Below, piece after piece: positions 32,149-46,200 of a DNA stretch of 64,000 bases. The position numbers and the translations under genes were made by a program. The notes under the pieces were generated by a model. The model saw only the letters and a program-made list of their open reading frames with translations, was not told the DNA's origin and ran no database searches. This DNA is from Yuukianura sp. NJ FZ-2021 (lineage: Eukaryota): the NCBI GenBank assembly GCA_046563655.1, contig CM102285.1, positions 13,206,001-13,270,000 of the forward strand, given 5' to 3'. The first letter of the stretch is position 1, and the number at the start of each line of letters is the position of its first letter.

Positions 32149-35100
32149 TTCTATTGCAGCGACCAGCGACGTATCGATCGACGGTTGGCTTTATCAAGTT
32201 TCCATCGAACCTCTGGAATTCAACAGTAATCAACCAGCGAAACTGACTAACTGCAGTCTAGTCAGCACGCAGCCGTCATTGTTGTGGTCATTGACGTGTC
32301 TTCGTCGTCAGTTTTCCTCGTCAGAGAATAATAAACCAGAAGTGTCTCCAGCTATCCCCGCTTGAACTGAATAAACAAAATGAACGTCCAACGTCACTGA
32401 TGAAATTCATTTTTGATTGCAAGAGGAAGAATAATTGGAAAAAATAGAACCAAATGAAAATGAAGTAATTTTAAACCTCACCAGTGACTTCGGCTCGGAG
32501 TCTTCGAGTAGCAACCACAATATATGCCCAAAAAACGTTGGCTCTTCTCTTAAGGGTCCAAGAATCACTGGTAAGTGATAATAAATTAGTTAATTTGGAA
32601 TTTAATTACTAATCACCAAGAAAAAAACAACGACAACATAAAAAATTGCAATCAATTTAAAATTTAAAGTCAACGTGTTCCCGCTACCAGCTCCCGACCC
32701 AAAGGGGAGTACATAGCACGGGAAGCTTTTTGATGTGTATAATTTCCGAATACATCTTGCTTAGCTCTGCTTTACCTTATTTTTTAAACGGCGTATTGAT
32801 AAAATACTTTGAAGTGTATGAGTCTCTGTTTTTGATAATGGTTACTACTTACTTTCTAAATTTTGATTAATTTGATTAATTTCTCATTTGATACATGTAA
32901 ATTCATATTACACTTCGACAGTGTGAAATCAGGCGTGTTTGAAAGTGCCTGAAAATTAAAAATTATTTACAGAGTTTACAAACAAAGTAAGTGAAAGTTT
33001 GCCTCGTCAGAATTCACAATTCACTTTCTCCCGTTAAAAGAAATTGTTTTTCAAATTTAAAAAAAAAATGAAACCTTTCACCTTTCCTGATGGCGTGTGA
33101 GATGCCTAAGTTGAAAAGGAAATCAATGCACTTCACTGGAACCCGTTTTCGATTTTGGAGTAAAAGTTTCTCCGATTGTTTAAGTTTTGAATAGGGTTGT
33201 TTGATTTTTGAATAGAAACCATTGAACTGATATTGCTTTTCGTTTTAGATGCTGGTTTTGAGTGTTGCAAACATATTGAAAAAACTGTTAACAATTTTAA
33301 AAAGGTGTGGACTGAGGACTTGTCATTGTGAAGAAGACTGACGCTTGTCCAATTTCCCTCAGGAACTGCTCTTGTACTAAAGTTCCTGTTCTAAATGACT
33401 GTCATCGAATTGATAGAGAAAGTTGGAAAGTCTGAATTAGTAATTCGTTATTGATCCTCTTGCAGCAATGCTCTTAATTTCCTATGTTTAAGACCCAGAA
33501 GGCTTTCCCCTCTTTTGTCAATGTCAACTTTAACAAGGCTTTCTCTGGACTGCTTTCCAATGTGCTTTTTGTCCTAAAAACGACTTAAGAACTTAACGAG
33601 TAAACGGGAGACAATCATAGTTATTCAAATGACAGTTCAAACAGACTTTGGAAAACTTTATTCATGTTGAGGACTTTCACCAATTTTCAAAATTTCATCA
33701 TCTTAAGCATACAGTATTACAGTATTCTCAAAATCCAATATATGCGTCTTCTTTCATGTCAGTGTTCCCATGTTATTAATTTGTAATTGCCTTTGAAATT
33801 ACTGATAATTGCACTTAATTATAAACCTAGGCTTTCAGAAATTTCGAAATTCCAATATAAATACGTTGAAACTCATACCGTGATTTCGTATTGATGAAAA
33901 CTTCGTCCTCTGCCAATAATTTCAGCTTTGTCCTGTAAATGTTGCGGCTTTTCATAATTATTAACTTAAATTATAGGTGTGAATATTGGAGAAAGTAAAC
34001 TTTTAAATTCAAATTTGGATTTTGTTGTGAAAGTGCTTGTGGAAATCATGACTTCTGTAGTTCTGAGGCCCATTAACTTTGTTTTCTATTTTGTTTGTTC
34101 ACCTGTGTGTACTTCCGTGTCATGTCATGTCCAAGCATTTGGTGTTGACATCACAAAAGAGGGATGCTGTTGACGGATGTCGAATTTAACGTCACCTTCC
34201 GCTCCAGTGTCCAAGAACAAAGACAAACGGGAAATTGAGATTCAGACAGGAGTTTTAGGTTAGTCGTTTCACTCCAGAAGTTAGGTTGGGGTCATTAGGT
34301 TAGATTTTTATTGTGCTTTTTTTTTACTAAAGAGGGGTACGTAATGTTGTTAATGTAAAGCAGTATGTTGTATTATGCTCTCAGTCTAATTGTATCCTCT
34401 GGTCTCAGACATGGTTAGGTGACCATAATTTTAGACAATGAAGATCAATCCAAAGCACTTCCAGGCTGAAATTGAATTGTTTCCTCTTCCTCCAGTCTTT
34501 TTTAAAGCAAAACTACACGGAAAATGTAAACAAAATGTGGCACTTGAGTTTTATTTCACTTTTTTTTCGCTTTATTGTCCGCTTTAAGTAAATTAAACTC
34601 TTAAAAGTTAGACTTTACATTACTTTATAGATGTTAGGTTAACCCAAAATCAGATCAATTTACTTATGCCATGGCCAATAATCCAATCGATTTAGTTACA
34701 TTAAGTTAATCGATAAACTGTACAGTTACATAAAGTAAAGCGTTACTTTGACTTTCAAATTCATGTCACTTTTGTTCTCTTTCTCTCAAAGGCGCTTTCT
34801 CTTTTCTAGTTTGATGTGTAAGAGAATCGTTAAGGACAAAAAGTCATCCATCAAAAGCCAAATATAATAGAACTTTCATTTTTTCAAAAAACTCAGCCTT
34901 GAGTAAGTTCATGTTGAGAATTGTAAGACAATTCCAAGTTTTAGCTGTAGGGTGTAAGGGATCATGCCTTTATTACAACTTTCATGTCGTGAACTGTTTC
35001 AAAAAGACAAGGAGAAAGCGTTGTTCTCGAGGGATTCTTAATAATCGCTTCCTTGCTTCTGTCATAAGAGAAAGTCAAGATCCGATTTTCACCGGAGAAA

Positions 35101-38100
35101 AGTCGGTAAGGCAAAAAGGCAGTGTGAGGCCAATTCTGCTAAACTTACACTTACAACAGTCTAGAAACTCGCCGTTTTACGAGTTTTGGCGCTGGGATTT
35201 GATTTGAACCTTAAAAAAGTTGTTACTAGTTGCTACAAAGTGTCTTTTAGAGCCAAAAAAGGAGGTGAAGAAAATAGAGAGGTCATGACCTCGGTGTGTC
35301 ATGTGTCTAGAAATTTTTTAAGATGAGATCAACTTTTACCCGGATTTTGCGATTCATGAGGATAAGCGTTTTCCTTTTATAGACGATTTTGGCAATTGAA
35401 CGGAAAATCTTTCCAGTTTCAGAAATTCCTTTGACTTTTCTTTCTTTTTCGAACAAAAAAATCACGTTTTTGAAAAAAAAAAAGTGTTTCAAAAGAGAAA
35501 GTAAAAGTGAGTTGAATTGTTCCTTGGTAATCTCATTTATTTCGCCTTATGTAATAACCAGTAGGTTGTCAAAGTGTACGTTGGAGCTTTTGTTACAGAA
35601 ATCTGTAAGGGAAGAAGAAAAAAAAAATTGGAAATGAAATTCTAAAAGTTTTATCTTGTTCCAAATTTTCAATCTAAAGGCATATACCTTCCTGTCATCA
35701 TTGGCTTTACACAAGCCAGAAGAAATAAGGAAGTTTTTGAGTGAGTGTTACTTTTCAAAAAACGCTTGTTCAATTCATTTTCGATCCTTTAAGAAATTTC
35801 TAGACTCTTTTCTTTACAAACCAGCTTCAAACTGTTTTTTTTTCTTTCGATATTTTTGGAAGCACAGGAAAAAACTGTTTCCACTTTCCCATATTTCTGT
35901 CTTCCTCCTGTTTTAGTTACTTTGTTAGTTTTTACCAAAAATTGACATTTTGCCAAAAACTTTTTCTCCCTTTTCAGAAATTGAGAAAAAACTTTGAAGG
36001 TTTGGGCTTTGCTCGTGTAACATCCAACTCCAGAAATAAAAACTAATAAAAATTGCTCATGATAAATTCTGGGGTTCGTGCTTCCAATTTTTTTTTCGTA
36101 TTTTGCAAACAGAACTTGTTTTTGGAGTGCTCCTCCGGAAGGAAGTTGTTGAAGTGTTTAGTAGTAATGTTATTACCCAACAATATTTTGTACATAACCT
36201 ATTTCTTTTTGCTTAAAAAACTATTTTTTTTTGAAAAACTTCGGTTAAAAAAGTTATGGAACACATACTGGGCGTCACAGTTGGTTGCTGATGCTTCGGA
36301 GGTCAGAGGTGACGTTAGCTGAGGTTTCCAAATCCTTTTTCCTAAGAGAAAAAAGTTAGACAAGCTTTGGACGTTTGTTGAATGTCGAAAAAGAGGGTCT
36401 TGCCAGTGTTAAAATTTTAGGGAAAACATGGAATAAGCTTAGGAGGAAGTGTAGCACTAAAGGCAGAGAAAGAACCACAAGGAGACAGCAGGCGACGCTG
36501 TTCTTCCAAATGCTAGAACTGTACGAAAGTCTTTGTATAGACACGCGGAATCTACCCAGAAAAATAGTGTTTCTCTCCAATTTGAGAGTTCTAGGCGTCT
36601 AATGCATTGGGTTGTGGAAGGAAGTCCCAGTTTGGTAGTTGAACTCTAGCGAGACGGATGGATCTATCTGTCTCAACGCCTTTCTCCTCTGGAATCTCAT
36701 CTTTCATCTGGATTCCTACGTTCCACTTCTTGGTTCTGTTTAGCCTCGTAAATTAGTTTGAATTAGCAAAATACTTGAGTTACTTTCAAGATTCCACGAA
36801 ATATATGAATTAGCATAAATACATCCGGGGAATTCTTGAATCTACAAGCACCATCAATCGACCTTTACGAATTTTAGCTGAAGAAAAAGGTGACGTTTAA
36901 CCTCTTCAATTTCAAAAATTAAGAGACTGTAAGTAATTTTTTGTTCTTTATTACAGATTCTTTTAAATTTGAATTTTTTGCTAAAATTCTGATGAAATTT
37001 TGAAAAGGAATTTTGAAACATAGTTGCCACCTTGGTAGAAGGAGTGGAAAGATCAATTTGTCACTTTCGTCGTGACAGGAAGAGAGAGCTCTTTATTATG
37101 TTCTTTGGCCCGTATCCCAAGGTGACAGGATTCCGGGAGTATCACTTTCACATGAATTTTCAACAAACTCAAATGCCTCATTAGCACCTAATTGCTTAGA
37201 AATTTTGCTCTAAATTTAAAAAAGTCACGTTTTAAAACAAGGTTAAAACACTCAACACAAAAATCAAATTATATGTATTATAAGTCATTAGTGAAAAGTT
37301 GATAGGTTTCCGCGCCAGACGAAATGAGAGAATTTTCTGAGTAGTGCAAAACTTTTTTTTGAAAAGTTCGAGGGAGTGTACGTACACCAAATTTTTTGAA
37401 CTTCAAGCTTTTTACTATCTATTTTTTTTTAATTTCAAAATTGATTGAAATTGAAAATCAAAATTGAAAACGTTGAAAAAAGAAAAAAAGAAAAGAATGT
37501 TTTTTGAATCTTGGATTTCAAAAAGTAACTAGTTTTCAAATCAGGATTTTTAGTAGAGGCTTTTGAGAGTGTATGGGTTTTACAACACTTCCGTTTTCGT
37601 GACAGTGTCTAGTTAAGGGCTCTCTAAAGGAAACTTCCTTCTTAACAGTCCAGTACAGTTTCATGTTTTCAAAAAGATTTGTGTTCAGAATTTTTTTTTG
37701 TTAGAAAAGTCTAAAGCCATAAGGTGAGGGTAGGGAGAATGGCGTGTTTTGTTTGGCGTGGCGTGAATAGGAGTTGTTTGGTCCTTAAGCCTAAGTGCTT
37801 GTGAAAGTTAAGGGACTGCGAGGTGAGCAGAGGGAGAAAGTTCGCCTGTCTCACCCAATGCTCATCTTCCTCCTTCCAAAAGCCAAACAATGGGAAATGA
37901 CACCCAATTCCAATTTATTGACAAAATTACTTCATTCTCCACAAACAACCAATTTAACCACCAATTGCCCCCTCTTACACAAGATACTACAAAAGTTAGG
38001 TTGGATTTAGCAAAGGAAAGCAGATGGTTCACACTAAAAGTACAACAGGAAATGGGCACGCAGCAGCTTTTGAAAAAGGAAATCAAAATCAAATCGAAAT

Positions 38101-40839
38101 TGTTTTCAGCTTGCGCAAAACTGACACTCAACTAAATTGCTTTCGTCTGTAACCTCCTTTTCAAAGTTTTCCTATTCTAAAATTATCAAAAATGTTTTTA
38201 AAAAATCTCAGGAGCAGCATATTCCAAATTACAGAGAGGTCGGAGGCCAGATTAGCTTAATAGCACCATTTTCTCTTCAAGTTTCTTAATTAGTTTGCTA
38301 ATTAAAGTTAATTATATTTGAGATTTTGCAAGGTAAAGTATTTTGTCCATTTTTCAAAATTTCGAACCTTGAGCAAAGTAATAATGGACGGAGGTTATAA
38401 TGAATTAATATTATTTTTTATTGAGTAACACTTCGTATGCTTTTGAGACTTTTTAAATTGATGAGTAAACACTGAATAATTAACCCAGCAGCTTTCCATT
38501 GTCGTTAATTACCCTCGTGGTGTGCCTCTTTTATGTAACCAGTAAAGCATAATTATTTCAATAACGAAATGAGTGAGAAGAATTCCTGAGGTTTTTAGAA
38601 TTTTTGGTTTACCCAGAGGAACAAGAAAAAAAGCTAAAAGAAAGCTAAACTAAAGAAAAGTCGCTTTCTCCCCTTATTCATGAACGTCAACAGTTTAAGA
38701 CAATCGTCAACAAATTTTTCTACACTTGGCGATTCGCCGTGCACGGAATTCTTTAATATTTACACAAAAAATTAGGAAATCAAAAGTTAATAACGTTGTG
38801 CTCCAGATACCACATTTGGAGCATAAACTATTTTCAAAGTTAGTTTTTAGAATTCAACCAAAAGTTGAAAAGTAACGATTTGTTTCTGAATTTCGAAAAA
38901 AAAATTCAACTCTGCCTTTTTACTTTCTCTTTTTTTCCTTGTGTTTTCTCTAGGTTATGTTCGTGTGGCAGGCACTTTCGCTTGATTTTGTGATGACAGG
39001 GAGAAAGTTGTCTACAGAAATTCATCAATTGGTCATGAAATGAAACTCAAGTCAAGGGAAAAACGAGAAGCTATTACCTAGAAGAAGAAGCTTTCATCCT
39101 GCAGACAATAATTACCTCATTTCCCTGCCAAAATTGATTCTATCAGTTACCATCACCCTTGAGATCCGATTTCCTGTTGGCTCAACACGACTTCTCCTAC
39201 ATGTATCATTTCCAACCTATCAGCTACTCTAGGCCAACATAACACAAAAGTTCCAAAAAGAGAAGCCTTGCCTACACTAGGAAATGAGAAAAGTGTTTGT
39301 AATTCCTTCAGCGTACTTTCATAAAAGTATCTTCTTCGACATTCTCACCGAAAAAGAAGAACGCTTTCAGTCAGAACGTCTTCCCGGAGGGATTAAATGG
39401 GGAAAACGGAGCAGAAAAAAGTAAATATTGAAAGCAAAAAAGCGAAGGAGCTTAGAAGAAGGAAATTTTCGGGAAGAGGAAGGCTTGTTGGCCTATAAAT
39501 AAGTTTCTGTGGATCTGTCTTTTTCCGCTTTGCTGCCGATGAGATTTTTACCTTCTCCTGGAAGTTGCTGTCCTATTTGGACGGAAGGGAGAAAGTTATG
39601 TCTTATAAGAGTCGCCAGTAAAGTGGAAAGGACTGATTCCCTGGGAAGCTAATCACAACACAAAATAACATTATTGAACAAAGGAACGCTTCTTCGCTTT
39701 CTCCAAAAGAAAATTTTCCGTCCAAAAGGGAGTTTTTCCTCTAAAAGAACTTCAGACGGCTCAAGCACGGCTGAACATTGGTCAGAAATGGACTTCGAAG
39801 CGTTTTCTGGAAGAAACTTCGACTCCGAACTTTCGGTTTATTTGGAAAGAAAGAAAAACCAATTCACCAACACAACATTTTTCCACGAAGAAGAAAGAAG
39901 TGCATGAAGGATTATGATACAGGACTGAATAACTTTGGCCTGCAAGCGAGCAACTTTTTTTGAAAAGAAAAGTTTTTGCAACTGTTGCAGCTTTCTGTGT
40001 TCGAAAATTCGAAAGTCGACAGGAGGAGGCGAAGCAGAGAAAAATAAGTTTTGGAAAACAACATCCAACCAAAGTCAAGCGCAAGCCACCCAAGCAAGGC
40101 AAGATACGACGAGGCTAGCTGCTCTGAAGCTTCGGGGACTTCCGCAAAAGAATTTTCATTAAAACTTGGACGAAGAAAGGGATTTAAACTAGATTAATTT
40201 TAATTTGGGAGTTCATGGTAGTGTTCCTTTTTTGACTGCTAATACTATTTTCTATAACCTAACCTAAGAAGAAATCAGTAAAAGTCTAACGTAGGAACAA
40301 ACTAAACCTAACTGCTATTAATAATCATCAACCTAATTCCCTTCTGACTTTCTTCTTTTCTTCGAACAATTTAATGACTAACGAACGTGTTTGCAGTATA
40401 GATTCTCGTCTTATTTAAGAACTATTACGTTTGTATCAATTAATTATTTCATTATTATACAATTATTTATATTTATATATATTTATAATTTATATTAAAA
40501 ACTTTCCTTCTTAGATTTCGATTTCATGTTGCTGGGCAAATATGATTTTTTTTTATTTTGGTTTTAGACGCCTATTGAAACTTTAAATAAGGCAGTCTAA
40601 GCGTTTTTACATTTTCATTATGTTTAAAATATTACAATTTTCATGTGGCGTAGAACTTGTTGGAGATTTTTTCAAAATTTGCTCAATTTTTGGAGGTGTT
40701 GTTTTTGCCAAATTTTTGCACTAAGGTACTTGGTGGTCTGCAACTTGAAATGGCCGGTGAAGCGGAAGAACTTGCAAAAAAAAGTTAATTTTTTTTTTCG
40801 AATTTAGAGCAGTGAATAGTGCTTTCCTCAGCCTCCTTG

Positions 40840-41655
40840 CCTTGATCCGCCATTTTTTAAAAGTGATTTTTTTAAATTTTGAAAAATTTATACATGAGGA
40901 CATTAGACATTAGTCATTAGAGATTTGGTTTGATTTGCGATGAAACGATGCGCTCGCTCCGCATCTTTCGGGCAGCAATTCGCGAATTGAGGAAATAATT
41001 TGAAGGGAGAGATGAAAAGGAATTTTCGAATTTTTGGAGCATTTGATTCCCATAAGACATGAGAAGACGCTGCTGATTGCTTGGAAAAAGTAACAGGATA
41101 TTATACGACACGAGAAGGCTCCTCTCCCTCCTGTCCCAACGAGGGAAGCGAGCGTGGGAAAATAAAAAGTTGAGGTGGGCAGGGAGCCTTTCTGGGCCGT
41201 ATGATGCCCTTGCAGCTCCTGTCGCTTTCAAAACAGGCTCCTCATCTTCCCCATGTTAAATCTCTCTCAGAAAATTTCAAAAAATCTAAAACTTCAAAAA
41301 TTCATATCTCGTGAACGGAAAGCGATAAAAAGCTAATCTCTTCGCGAGTAAATTTTAAATAATGTGCAGAATTGTTTAAAATTTTAAAAAATTTCAAAAT
41401 AAAATTTTGAACAAAATTTCCACAGATTCGCCAAAAACCTCTTCTTCGCTTTTGAACTGTTTTAAACTTTAAAAATATTGTAGGTTGTTCTGAATTTAGT
41501 AGTGAAGAGATCAATAATATTACATTCTGTCCCCGAGCTATGAATTTTGAAATTTTTTTGATTTTTGAAATGCTTTGTGTGGAAGTAGGTTTGAATGGAC
41601 GAAAAAGTTGAGGGATTAATCCATTCAAAAATGTTCACTTTTCTGCTCAACTTTT
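40840..41655 (+). repeat. Interspersed repeat-family copy leading into the 387-bp tandem array
   Basis: Homologous to 26285-26700 and to the reverse complement of 27882-28730. Confidence 0.85.
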
Positions 41656-42960
41656 ACACTTCCACACAAACACCCTCATTTTTCGGTCGTTTTTAACTTC
41701 GAAAAATTTCAACTTTGCAGCGATTTCTGTGGCTCCAGCGCTCGGATCTAGTCATCCGACATCGTCCTAAACAATTTGATGCCAAAATTTCAAAAAATAA
41801 AAAACTGGAAGTACAGAAAAAAAGCACACCATCAAAATTTTGACAGCTTTAGGGTGCTTTTTAGAATTTTTTTAAAATTCTACACATTTTTCTGAATTCA
41901 GGTGTGAAAAGCTTAATTCTCTATGTCTTTCCGTAAAAAAGTTATGAATTTTTAAAGTTTTTTGAATTTTGAAATTAAGTTTGAATGGAGGAAAAGTTGA
42001 GGGATTAGCCCATTCAAAAGTCATCACTTTTCGATTCAACTTTTTCATCCCCCTACAAACACTCATTTTTTAGTCGTTTTTAACTTCGAAAAATTTCAGC
42101 TTTGCAGCGATTTCTGTGGCTACAGCGCTCGGATCTAGTCATCCGACATCGTCCTAAACAATTTGATGCAAAAATTTTAAAAAACAAAAAACAAGAAGTA
42201 TAGAAAAAAAACACAGCATCAAAATTTTGACAGCTTTAGGGTGCTTTTTAGAATTTTTTTAAAATTCTACACATTTTACTGAATTCAGGTGTGAAAAGCT
42301 TAATTCTCTATCTCTTTCCGTTAAAAAGTTATGAATTTTTAAAGTTTTTTGAATTTTGAAATTAAGTTTGAATGGACGAAAAAGTTGAGGGATTAGCCCA
42401 TTCAAAAGTCTTCACTCTCCGACTCAACTTTTTCATCCCCCTCCAAACACTCATTTTTAGCAGTTTTTAACGTCGAAAATTTTCCACTTTGCAGGGATTT
42501 CTGTGGCTCCAGCGCTCGGATCTAGTCATCCGACATCGTCCTAAACAATTTGATGCAAAAATTTTAAAAAACAAAAAACAAGAAGTATAGAAAAAAAACA
42601 CAGCATCAAAATTTTGACAGCTTTAGGGTGCTTTTTAGAATTTTTTTAAAATTCTACACATTTTACTGAATTCAGGTGTGAAAAGCTTAATTCTCTATCT
42701 CTTTCCGTTAAAAAGTTATGAATTTTTAAAGTTTTTTGAATTTTGAAATTAAGTTTGAATGGACGAAAAAGTTAAGGGATTAGCAGTAGAGAGTAAGGAC
42801 GGAGGTTTGCATACTTTGCCGCGGGGGTTAGTCGGGCGCAATATTGGGGAGGGGAAACCCCCTCAAAAAATACATAATGACAATATCTCAACATATAAAA
42901 TGGCAAAATGTCAACAACAAAAAGACCGACATCAAAACGTTTTGAAGTCGATGAACTGAT

Positions 42961-43137
42961 GAAAATCGTTTCGAGTTGTTCCTTTAATCCTTTTTTCCAA
43001 GGAAATTTAAGTCCTTGGAATTGCTAAAAATAGAAAAAGGGTCGTTTCTGTTGAAAAACGTTTCGAGTTGTTCGTTTAATTCTTTTTCCAAGAAATTTAA
43101 GTTGTTGGAATTGCTAAAAATAGAAAAAAGGGTCGAA
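42961..43137 (+). repeat. Subterminal 92-bp tandem duplication with an internal hairpin (mirrored at ~52846-53022)
   Basis: GAAAA(T/A)CGTTTCGAGTTGTTC at 42961 and 43053. The first unit contains TTCCAAGGA-N8-TCCTTGGAA. Confidence 0.8.
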
Positions 43138-43279
43138 TTTATTTCTGTATCCTAACCCCAAAAATTCAGACTAAAATGATGTTGAACCAACAAAAAGTTG
43201 TTCAGTTCAAGTTTGTGCTTCTACCTAACATAGTCGAATTTTGAATTTAATTCAAAACTTTTAAACTTTGAAATCTAAA

Positions 43280-46200
43280 ATGTCAAAGCGAACAGCATCT
43301 CCAGTGGCTGGTTCCTCAAAGCAAATTTGTGTCAGGAATCACGAGTGTGTCATTTGTGGAGCCCAGTTCTACAAGAAAAAAGACTTGGCAAATCATGTTA
43401 GCTGTCATGATGAAGACTTTCGTCAGTTACCCTGTGGCAAAATGGCGGATATCGACTGTCCAGTGTGTTTTGCTGTATTCTTTACTCAAGAGGAGTTGGA
43501 TCACCATTTCATGGAGTGTCATGATCAAGATTTCCAGGAAGCCGCTTCTCTTCCAGTGAATCATGAAATCCTTCAAGTGTATCGTGAACTTTTGTGTCCT
43601 CCTTGTGGTTTATCGTTTAACTGTCGAGACAAGTTGCAAGAACATTTTCACAATGTGCATCCAGATTTTTACAGTGCTCAAACTGGAGGAATACAGCCGT
43701 CGGCTATAGAACTAATTATGGTGAAGCCTGTTCTTACTTCCCTTAATATGTGTACAAAGTACTTGGCTGACTTCGAGAAATTCCAGTGTGGTAGCGGATT
43801 CGATGAGCGTGACTTTTTCAGCAGTGTACAGCAATCATCGTTTGATAACATTGAAAACGACCTCAAAAAGTGGAAGAATGTGAGAGTGTTCTTCTCCATG
43901 AAATGTCGCTTCACAAAAACGCATGCAGATGGCAGCATTGAAACAAAAGACGCGGGTTTCACTTCTTATCGTCATCTTGTCTTCACACCTGCGTCATTAC
44001 CTCGTGTTTGGTCAATCATGTGCCACGAAATGTCTGATCAGATTGAAGACTTTACCCATGAAGGAAGCGGTTGGGATCTAGATTATATATCAGAATTCAG
44101 GTTCGTAACAGCCAAGTACCAGTTTACTAAAGTGGGATCTTATATTGAGACACCGTTTCCGCTGTCTGAGCACACAAAATCGTTGCTGAACATCGACAAT
44201 AGCAAAATCACAGCTACCAACACGCACAACAAATGCTTTCTTTGGTCCATACTCGCCCATGATAATATCGCTGGAATACCCCTACCAACAGAAATCGAAA
44301 TAAAATTGATAAGCTAGTGAAGACATACGCGCCACATGCCCACAAGGTCAACACCACGGGACTTCATTTCCCGATGACCCTTGAGCAAATCCCAAAATTT
44401 GAAACGCTCAATCCTAACATTTCAGTTACTGTGCTTGGTTATGATATGGACACACCGTCAGCTCCAGAAAGAAGAGAGGGGAAGAAGTCAAAAATGGAAG
44501 ACTTGGAGCTTTTCAAATATATCCAAAGCAACATATCAGTTCTCTACAATTCCAAAGAGGCAAAGAGTATTCATGTTGATTTAATGTGTCTGATGAAAGG
44601 TAACAACGCTCACTTTATGCTGATTCGAAATCTTGAAGGCTTCATGCGTTCACCAAATGATCACAGAGTGAAGCATATCTGTCGAAACTGTCTCTCCAAT
44701 TTTCGCGAAGTCCATAGTCTTGAACTGCATAAACCATTTTGTGCTGCCCTCGGTCTGCAGAAAGTCACTTATCCCAAAGAAAATGAAAACGAGCTGTACT
44801 TTAACAAGTGGGCTAGAACTCAGCCTGTACCTTTTCGATTTTACGCTGACTTCGAAGCTTTTCTACCAAAGTTTCATGCCTCAGCCGAACAAGAAGACGA
44901 GCGTCGAAAACTTAAAGAACGAGTTACTGGGATCAAAAGTAAGCCAACAGAAAATCATCGTTGTACGCATACTCACAAACCCTGCGGTTATGCATGGGTC
45001 TGTGTGGATTTCGAGGGGAAGCGCCGTCATGGCGAATACTATCATGCCACAGAAGACGATGAAGACATTGCTGCGCACTTCATGGAAAGCATCCTTCGTT
45101 TCTCCAAAACATTGGGCGAAGAAGTGGATGAGTATGAGCGAATTGCTCCTGATATGCTGGAAAGAAGCATGACCCCTAGACAGAGAGAAGAGAAAAAGAC
45201 TGCTCGTTTCTGCTGTTTCTGTGAGAAGCCTTTCGAGAAGAAGGACTGGAAAGTGCGTCATCATTCCCATCTCCTCCATTCAACTATATCGGTATAGCTC
45301 ATAGAGACTGTAATCTCCAAGCACAGATCAAGAAGGAATTCCCAGTCTTTCTCCACAACTTCTCATCCTACGACGTGCACTTCTTGATTCAGGCGATGGG
45401 AAAGCTGAAGGAAGATAAAATCATCAGTCACGTTGAAGTCATCGCAAAGAGCAGCGAGAAGTATTTGTGTGTCACTGTAGCGCCCGAACGTTCGGGGAAG
45501 GAAGAAAACGTAGAAGAGGAGATCACACGAGAAAACGTGAGACGACTGGAAAAATACAAGCTCCGTTTCACCGACAGTCTGGGCTTCACACTGAAATCAC
45601 TGGACAAGCTGGTTGAAGTTATGCGCAAAGACCCAAATGCAAAATTTGACATAACTAGACAGGAGTTTCAGAAAGAAGTTGATCAAGGTGCAAACATTGA
45701 CCTACTCTTCAAGAAGGGCGCCTATCCCTATTCACTGATGACGTCATGTCAAGATTTTGAAATGACAAGTTTACCTCCGAAAGAAGCGTTCTTCAATGAC
45801 ATGACCGAAACACCAATTCAAGACGCTGTTTACAATCATGCGAAGGAGGTTTGGGAGAGTTTTAACATTCAAAACATGGGGGAGTGGCACGACCTCTACG
45901 TTCGTCTGGACGTATCCCTTCTAGCCGATGTGATGGAAGGTGTTCGGAAGCTGATGATGGACAGTTACGGGCTGGAACTGGGCCATTATTTTTCCCTGCC
46001 GATGATGGCGATGGACTGTGTTCTCAAGAAGTCTGGAGTTGTGCTGGAGCTTATTACGGACCCGACGATGCACTGCTGGATTGAGCATGGAATCAGAGGC
46101 GGCTATGTCAGCGTTGGCTCCAGGCGTTCTGCGAAAGCGAACAATCCATATATGGGAGATGAATACGATCCAGACAAACCGATCTATTACATTCTCTACA

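Noticed and set aside
32500..40800. Scattered 60-106 aa ORFs in the intergenic region
   Set aside because: AT-rich, no recognisable domains and no consistent exon chain that I could assemble.
26250..41259. Recurrent short ORFs such as MTGAARGSYGPERLP and LRWAGSLSGPYD
   Set aside because: They are translations of a non-coding interspersed repeat, and frames are not conserved between copies.
41540..42784. CRISPR-like array
   Set aside because: The units are 387-bp tandem repeats with no unique spacers, the context is eukaryotic, and there are no cas genes.
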